In this document: in pieces, positions 63,550 through 64,000 of the stretch
Position numbering within the stretch: the first letter of the stretch is position 1
Layout of the letters: each line of letters opens with the position of its first letter
From: Octopus vulgaris
Lineage: Eukaryota
Direction: 5' to 3'
NCBI GenBank assembly: GCA_951406725.2
Contig: OX597828.1
Location: forward strand, 34,038,001 to 34,102,000
Length of the DNA: 64,000 nt
Made by a program: the position numbers and the translations under genes
Notes under the pieces: model-generated
What the model was told of the DNA's origin: nothing
The model's database searches: none
The model's input: only the letters and a program-made list of their open reading frames with translations

Positions 63550-63665
63550 GTTATGCTCTGATCATAATGTATCTTCATTAGACTAGATGTCTCCCATTCC
63601 ATTTGGTGTACAGCTCTTATAGCTTCAACTAATTTCTTCCGAGAACCGATCTGCTGAATACCAAT
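63550..63665 (-). CDS. ASZ1: Probable ASZ1/GASZ exon, end of SAM domain (IGIQQIGSRKKLVEAIRAVHQMEWETSSLMKIHYDQSIT)
   Basis: Acceptor tttatttcaacag| (phase 0); AC|gtaagg donor (phase 2). IGI..xGxRKKL..AI is the SAM helix 4-5 signature. The order SAM, coiled coil, tail anchor matches GASZ; the ankyrin exons would lie beyond the window. Confidence 0.78.
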
Positions 63666-64000
63666 CTGTTGAAATAAATGAATCAATAAAACCAAAGTTT
63701 ATTTCAGGGCTTGGTAATGTTAGAAAGAGGAAATGGAGCCAGTCTATCATATGAAATTTTTCATTTTTTACCTGTTTTCCATACATGCACAGTTCAGAAC
63801 ACTGGTTCCCAACCATTTTTCACTTATAGACTCATTTGATTCCTGTTTTATTTGGGTGGACCCTCAAAACTATTCTATGTTTTAAAACATCCTATTAGAT
63901 TTTTATGTGGAGGCACAGGCTAGGGTGTCGGACTCATGATTGTATGGTTGTGGTTTCGATTCCTGGACCGGGCAACGCGGTTGTGTTCTTGAGCAAAACA

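Overview
Eukaryotic, AT-rich, repeat-dense DNA. The repeat families and microsatellite load look like a coleoid cephalopod, probably Octopus (inference). Most entries in the ORF track are microsatellite artefacts. By reading splice sites by hand I reconstruct two minus-strand intron-containing genes. (1) The last four coding exons of a probable ASZ1/GASZ piRNA-pathway gene (63665-55883: end of SAM domain, coiled coil, C-terminal membrane anchor). (2) Four phase-compatible exons (20229-7472) of an unnamed protein of about 490 aa with a 6+6 cysteine scaffold, interrupted by a ~315-aa Asn/Asp/Tyr-rich insert with dibasic sites; its first exon was not found. Between the genes lies a ~9.3 kb array of 87-bp monomers (about 95 copies). 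Each monomer carries a stem-loop that reads as a GAAA tetraloop on the minus strand, the array is layered by age, and three insertions (two hAT MITEs, one CR1 LINE) sit at the same monomer position. The window also holds many hammerhead-ribozyme-like motifs, including one apparently intact type I hammerhead at 41159-41265 (-). The rest is decayed mariner/maT, RTE, CR1, R4/Dong, Helitron, piggyBac-, Ginger- and Tigger-like elements, tRNA-derived SINEs and several foldback palindromes. All calls come from reading the sequence only; no database searches were run.
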